DNA of 64,000 bases from Chiloscyllium plagiosum. Taxonomy: Eukaryota. Below, piece by piece: positions 61,853-64,000 of this stretch. The DNA lies in contig NC_057720.1 in NCBI RefSeq assembly GCF_004010195.1, forward strand, positions 7,677,117-7,741,116, given 5' to 3'. The notes under the pieces are model-generated. The model searched no databases and was not told the origin of the DNA. It saw nothing but the letters and a program-made list of their open reading frames with translations. The translations under genes and the position numbers were made by a program. Numbering within the stretch: the stretch's first letter is position 1; each line of letters starts with the position of its first letter.

Positions 61853-64000
61853 AATGGCCAACTCCTGAATAATGTTCCAAAATAGATAAGCACTTTTGGA
61901 GGGGGGAGGAGCAAGAATAAAGTGATAGGAGATGCCGAAGAAGCCAGAATTTGGACATAAGTTTAAAAAAATACTCAGCTCAGAGATTTGTAGATCTGGA
62001 GGTAATAGCAATCATGAAGAGCTTGGAAATTGAGGGCAAAATTCTTAAATTTGAGGTGTTGTCGGACATTATAAAGACAGTGGTGCAGGTGAAGAGTACT
62101 CAGTGAGAGGTAGGATACAGGCAGAGGTTTGGAGAATCTGAAATTTCCTGATGCAGGTTGGCCAGGAGCAGACCTGACTGAGTCACAGTCACACCGCACT
62201 GGAACCAAAACAGAAATTGCTGGAGAAACTCACCTAGTCGGGCAGCATCTGTGCAGAAAAAAAAGAGTTCACGTTTTGAGTCTGATGTGACTCTCCTTCA
62301 GTCACTTTTCACTGCTGATTCACTCAAGAGCAAGTCAGTACACATAAAACCGACATTTTGCGAAGATAAAAAATATTGTGTAAAACCTAAGTCTGATTAT
62401 TAACCACAATCTCAGTGATTAAATTAGTCACGTTCTGGGCCTACATTTCCAAATTGGACCAAAGGAATTTTTTTGTCAGCCCAGTGTATAAATAATTCTA
62501 TTACGCCTCATTGAACCCTGTCTGTTCATTGGGCGAGTTTTCCACTTCATTAAGAATGTTCAATTTGGTCAGAGGCCACTTTTGAGTCAGATTTGATAAA
62601 CCACCGATACACATGGGTCACAATGCAACTAAATCAAACACCAACACATGGCTAGAACCAGATCCTTGAAAACCAATGGATTTCTTCAAAAAACACATAC
62701 ACAAACGCATGCACAAGCAGTTATTAAATAGCAGAAACACATGGGGTCATGTATGGTACAGTGGAACAAAGATTAGGTAAATACACAAGGGATTGATCTG
62801 AACATCTTATCTTCAGCAAGTTTACCTTCAACTATTCCCCTGATGCACTACACACATCAGTCGAGTTATTGCTTAAGTAATGGTTACAGATATGTGTACA
62901 AAAACACTCCACAGAGAATCACGCAGGCAACTCCCTCACAGGTACTTCCCCGATGACATTTTATTCTCTTCCCATGTTTATACCCTTGGGCTTTTTGCTC
63001 AACTATCTTGTTGTAATTGCAACACATGGAACTCAGTTCCATCAGGCACGGTGTGTCAACTCCAGGTGTGGCCTTGCTATCCCCATCACTCTGCTTTTCA
63101 ATTTAGATCCTGGGGTATTCAAGACTATTGAGTGCCCAAGCTGGGGTAGAGGACATTGCATTTTCAGCTCTGACCTTGTCTTCAACTTCAAATCTGGAAG
63201 TTTGCACAGTTTCATTGAACCATACAGTACCCCATTCAGTCCATCAAGTCTGTGCCATCAAAAGTATATCACTACCTATATTAATACCAACTTACCCACA
63301 CCAGGCCCATTCTGAAGAGAAAAGAGTCAACACTGGTGAGTTTATATTTCCCCCACTTTCTGGCCAGTCTGTGTGGAGACCACTCAGCAATCAAACAGTG
63401 AGATCAGGATCAAATTCTTCAGGAAGGGCTCATGCCCAAAACGTCGATTCTCTTGCTCCTTGGATGCTGCCTGACCTGTTGAGCTTTTCCAGCAACACAT
63501 TTTCAGCTCTGATCTCCAGCATCTGCAGTCCTCACTTTCTCCATTAAACTCACATGGAAGAGATGGAGGGGTGGAAGGTTCAGTTGACAAGGAGAAAAGG
63601 GTTTTCAGGATAAATAACTGCTCTGCAGGGAGATGACTGGGTATCTCCTGCAATTCAGTTGTTGTAATGCCACCTCTGAGACAGGAGGTCATGGATTCAA
63701 GTTCCGACTACAGAGAGGAGCATAAAGAGGCTACCTCTCCAGTGGAGTAAGGCACTGTCACATGTACTACCTTTCAGAAAAGATGTTTATCAGAAGTGTT
63801 ATCCAGGATGGTGCCAAACAAATTCTATGACCCTATTGTGAAGCAGAGCAGGCAAGTACATCTTTACTAAGAGCACTCCTTCTCAATTGGTCATTAGCAC
63901 ACTTCTATTTCTGGGAGCTTGCTGTGCATAAATTGGCATGCACTTCAAAAGTGACTGTAAAGTACTCTGGAAAACCAGTGGTCATGAAAGTCATTTGCTT

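Overview
This is eukaryotic, repeat-dense vertebrate DNA, almost certainly elasmobranch (shark). The evidence is HE1-type V-SINEs with (TCTAA)n tails and HER1/CR1 LINEs that share their 3' ends; the species is an inference, not a database result. I recognise no host protein-coding gene. Nearly all ORFs in the track derive from CR1, Tx1, RTE or Penelope (PLE) retroelements or from SINE readthrough. The window holds one near-full-length decayed CR1 (SGNH-esterase ORF1 plus APE-RT ORF2), many 3' CR1 fragments, about 23 HE1-like SINE copies, two or three other SINE families, Tx1 and RTE fragments, and several PLE families. The most interesting signal is a set of short non-coding, often fold-back PLE-derived insertions with 11-15 bp target-site duplications (TSDs). 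They carry minimal hammerhead-ribozyme cores (CUGANGA...GAAA) in at least four sequence families with covarying stems. Also notable: a 126-bp loop-less palindrome, a SINE/PLE/CR1 chimeric insertion with microhomology junctions, a CpG-rich 36-bp minisatellite, an old ~0.9-kb local duplication, and weak minus-strand exon candidates. Coordinates were read by eye, so repeat boundaries are approximate to tens of bases.
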